Positions 62,531 to 64,000 of a stretch of 64,000 nucleotides of DNA are shown here, in pieces (position 1 is the first letter of the stretch; each line of letters starts with the position of its first letter). Made by a program: the position numbers and the translations under genes. The DNA is from an uncultured Candidatus Rokubacteria bacterium. Lineage in GTDB: Bacteria > Methylomirabilota > Methylomirabilia > Rokubacteriales > CSP1-6. The stretch is from the NCBI GenBank assembly GCA_963789955.1, contig CAWBMV010000034.1, positions 32,001-96,000 of the forward strand. Reading direction: 5' to 3'. The notes under the pieces are model-generated. The model was not told the DNA's origin. It worked only from the letters and a program-made list of their open reading frames with translations, and did not search any database.

Positions 62531-63737
62531 TCAGGCCTTCATCCGGTCGGCGCGCACTTCTTTGGGCAGGCCGAGCACGCGCTCTCCGATGATGTTCTTC
62601 TGGATCTCGGACGAGCCCGAGTAGATCGTTCCCGCGCGCGACCAGAGAAACGCGGTCGCGAAGGTGCCGGGCTCGCCGGAGGAGGTATCGACCTCCTCGA
62701 ACTCCTCGCGCGCGACCATGAGCTGGCCGAACGGGCCGAGGATCTCGAGCGCGAGCTCGTAGTAGCGCTTCTCGAACTCGGTATACGACAGCTTCGTGAT
62801 CGACGACGCGGCGCCCGGCGTGTCACCTTTCTGCAGCGCCGAGAGCACGCGCAGCGCCGCGTAGCGCTGCACCTCGAGGTCGGCGTAGATGCGTCCCATC
62901 CGGGCGCGCACCGCCGGGTCCTCGATCAGCGGCTTGCCGCCGCGCTTGAGCTCCTTCGTGGCCTTCACGAGCTGGGCGAACGCGGTGACGTACCGCGTGA
63001 CCCGCCCCAGCGCGTTGCCGCCGCGCTCGAAGCCGAGCGTCGTCTGCGCGATCGCCCAGCCCTCGTTGATGTTCGCCGATCAGATCGGACTTGTCGGCGC
63101 GCGCGTTGGTCATGAAGACTTCGGAGAAGAGCGAGCTGCCGGTGATCTGCTTCAGCGGCCGCACCTCGACGCCGGGCTGGCGCATGTTGAGGAGCACGCA
63201 CGAGATGCCGTGGTGCTTGGCCACCTTCGCGTCGGTGCGGCAGAGCAGGATGCCCCAGTCGGCGATCGGGCCGCTCGAGGTCCAGATCTTCTGGCCGTTG
63301 ACGACGAAGTGATCGCCCTGGTCCTCGGCGCGCGTCTTGAGGCTCGCCAGGTCCGAGCCAGCGTTCGGCTCCGAGTAGAGCTGGCACCAGATCTCCTCGG
63401 CGGTCAGCATCTTCTTCAGATAGCGCTTCTTCTGCGCCTCGGTGCCGTGGACGATGATCGTCGGGCCGATGAAGCCGATGCCGAGGCCGTTGATGGCCGG
63501 CGGCGAGCTCACGCGCGCCATCTCGTCCTGGACGATCGCCTGCTGCATCGGCGTGGCGCCCCAGCCCCCGTACTCCTTGGGCCACAGCATCCCGACGTAG
63601 CCGGCTTCGTAGAGCTTGCGGTGCCACGCCTTCCGATCGTCGAGAGTCTTCAGCTCCTGCTTCGGGATGTTGCTCTCGAGCCAGCGACGGGTCGTGGCGC
63701 GGAATTCGCGATCTTCAGGCGAGTAGTTCAGATCCAT
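62531..63737 (-). CDS. Acyl-CoA dehydrogenase family protein (frameshift near 63075)
   Basis: WPKEYGG, WCQLYSEP.AGSDLASL, NGQKIWTS; TIYSGSSEIQKNII.ER.LGLP in a second frame. Confidence 0.85.
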
Positions 63738-63753
63738 CGGGTCGGCCTCCGCA

Positions 63754-63803
63754 GTGCGCGCTGCAGGCCGTCGCGGGGCTGGGCCCCGCCGGCCGAGGCG
63801 CGC
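63754..63803 (+). repeat. Palindromic intergenic repeat, copy 3
   Basis: gtgcgcgctgcaggccgtcgcggggctgggccccgccggccgaggcgcgc. Confidence 0.85.
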
Positions 63804-63866
63804 TTTATACATTCGAACGCGGGTTCACGAACGAATGCACGTTTCTAGCACGCCGGCCCATGCGAA

Positions 63867-64000
63867 TCAACGCGCGGGGGCCGGCAGCCGGTAGATCGCG
63901 GTGTGGAGCACGTGGGCGATCGGGCGTCGCTCGCCGGCGACCAGGACCAGGTCGGCCTCGACGAACTGTTTGCCCTTCTTCTCGAAGAGCGAGCGCACCT
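63867..64000 (-). CDS. 3' end of a gene truncated by the window edge, possibly hotdog-fold
   Basis: VRSLFEKKGKQFVEADLVLVAGERRPIAHVLHTAIYRLPAPAR*. Confidence 0.45.
   Translation of the reverse strand, partial: VRSLFEKKGKQFVEADLVLVAGERRPIAHVLHTAIYRLPAPAR

Overview
High-GC bacterial chromosomal segment of about 65 genes. The expanded family-5 ABC substrate-binding proteins, CaiB CoA-transferases, acyl-CoA dehydrogenases and a sigma54-activator/cyclase/TPR fusion suggest Candidatus Rokubacteria (Methylomirabilota); this is inference. Much of it is housekeeping or catabolic: glcDEF, moaB, an HtrA protease, rfbACB, trmI-ppiD-rpsU-greA, lhgO, peptide ABC transporters, rpiA-gnd-glk with a GH63 hydrolase, and fatty-acyl-CoA genes. 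Many genes carry single-base frameshifts that look like uncorrected long-read errors, so single-base claims need read-level checks. Highlights: (1) A minus-strand operon (45664-42616) with a candidate sigma54 promoter encodes a cytosolic HExxH metallopeptidase, an ATP-grasp ligase and three very small proteins. Two of these are clear Lys/Arg-rich paralogs missed by the ORF track. It is a candidate undescribed peptide-modification system and lies next to a 1374-aa sigma54 activator-pseudocyclase-STAND-TPR fusion. (2) A rhodanese-MoeB gene has an in-frame TGA at its conserved Cys and a SECIS-like hairpin (probable selenoprotein). (3) A promoter-driven, six-hairpin intergenic RNA or small ORF precedes a C39-like peptidase. 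(4) A bufferin-type MNIO RiPP cluster is translationally coupled to a HAMP nucleotide cyclase. (5) A 50-bp palindromic repeat occurs in three copies. (6) A stand-alone DGQHR protein has an operator-like palindrome over its -35 box. (7) An internally deleted pgi remnant sits between rpiA and gnd. No rRNA, tRNA, CRISPR array or transposase was seen.
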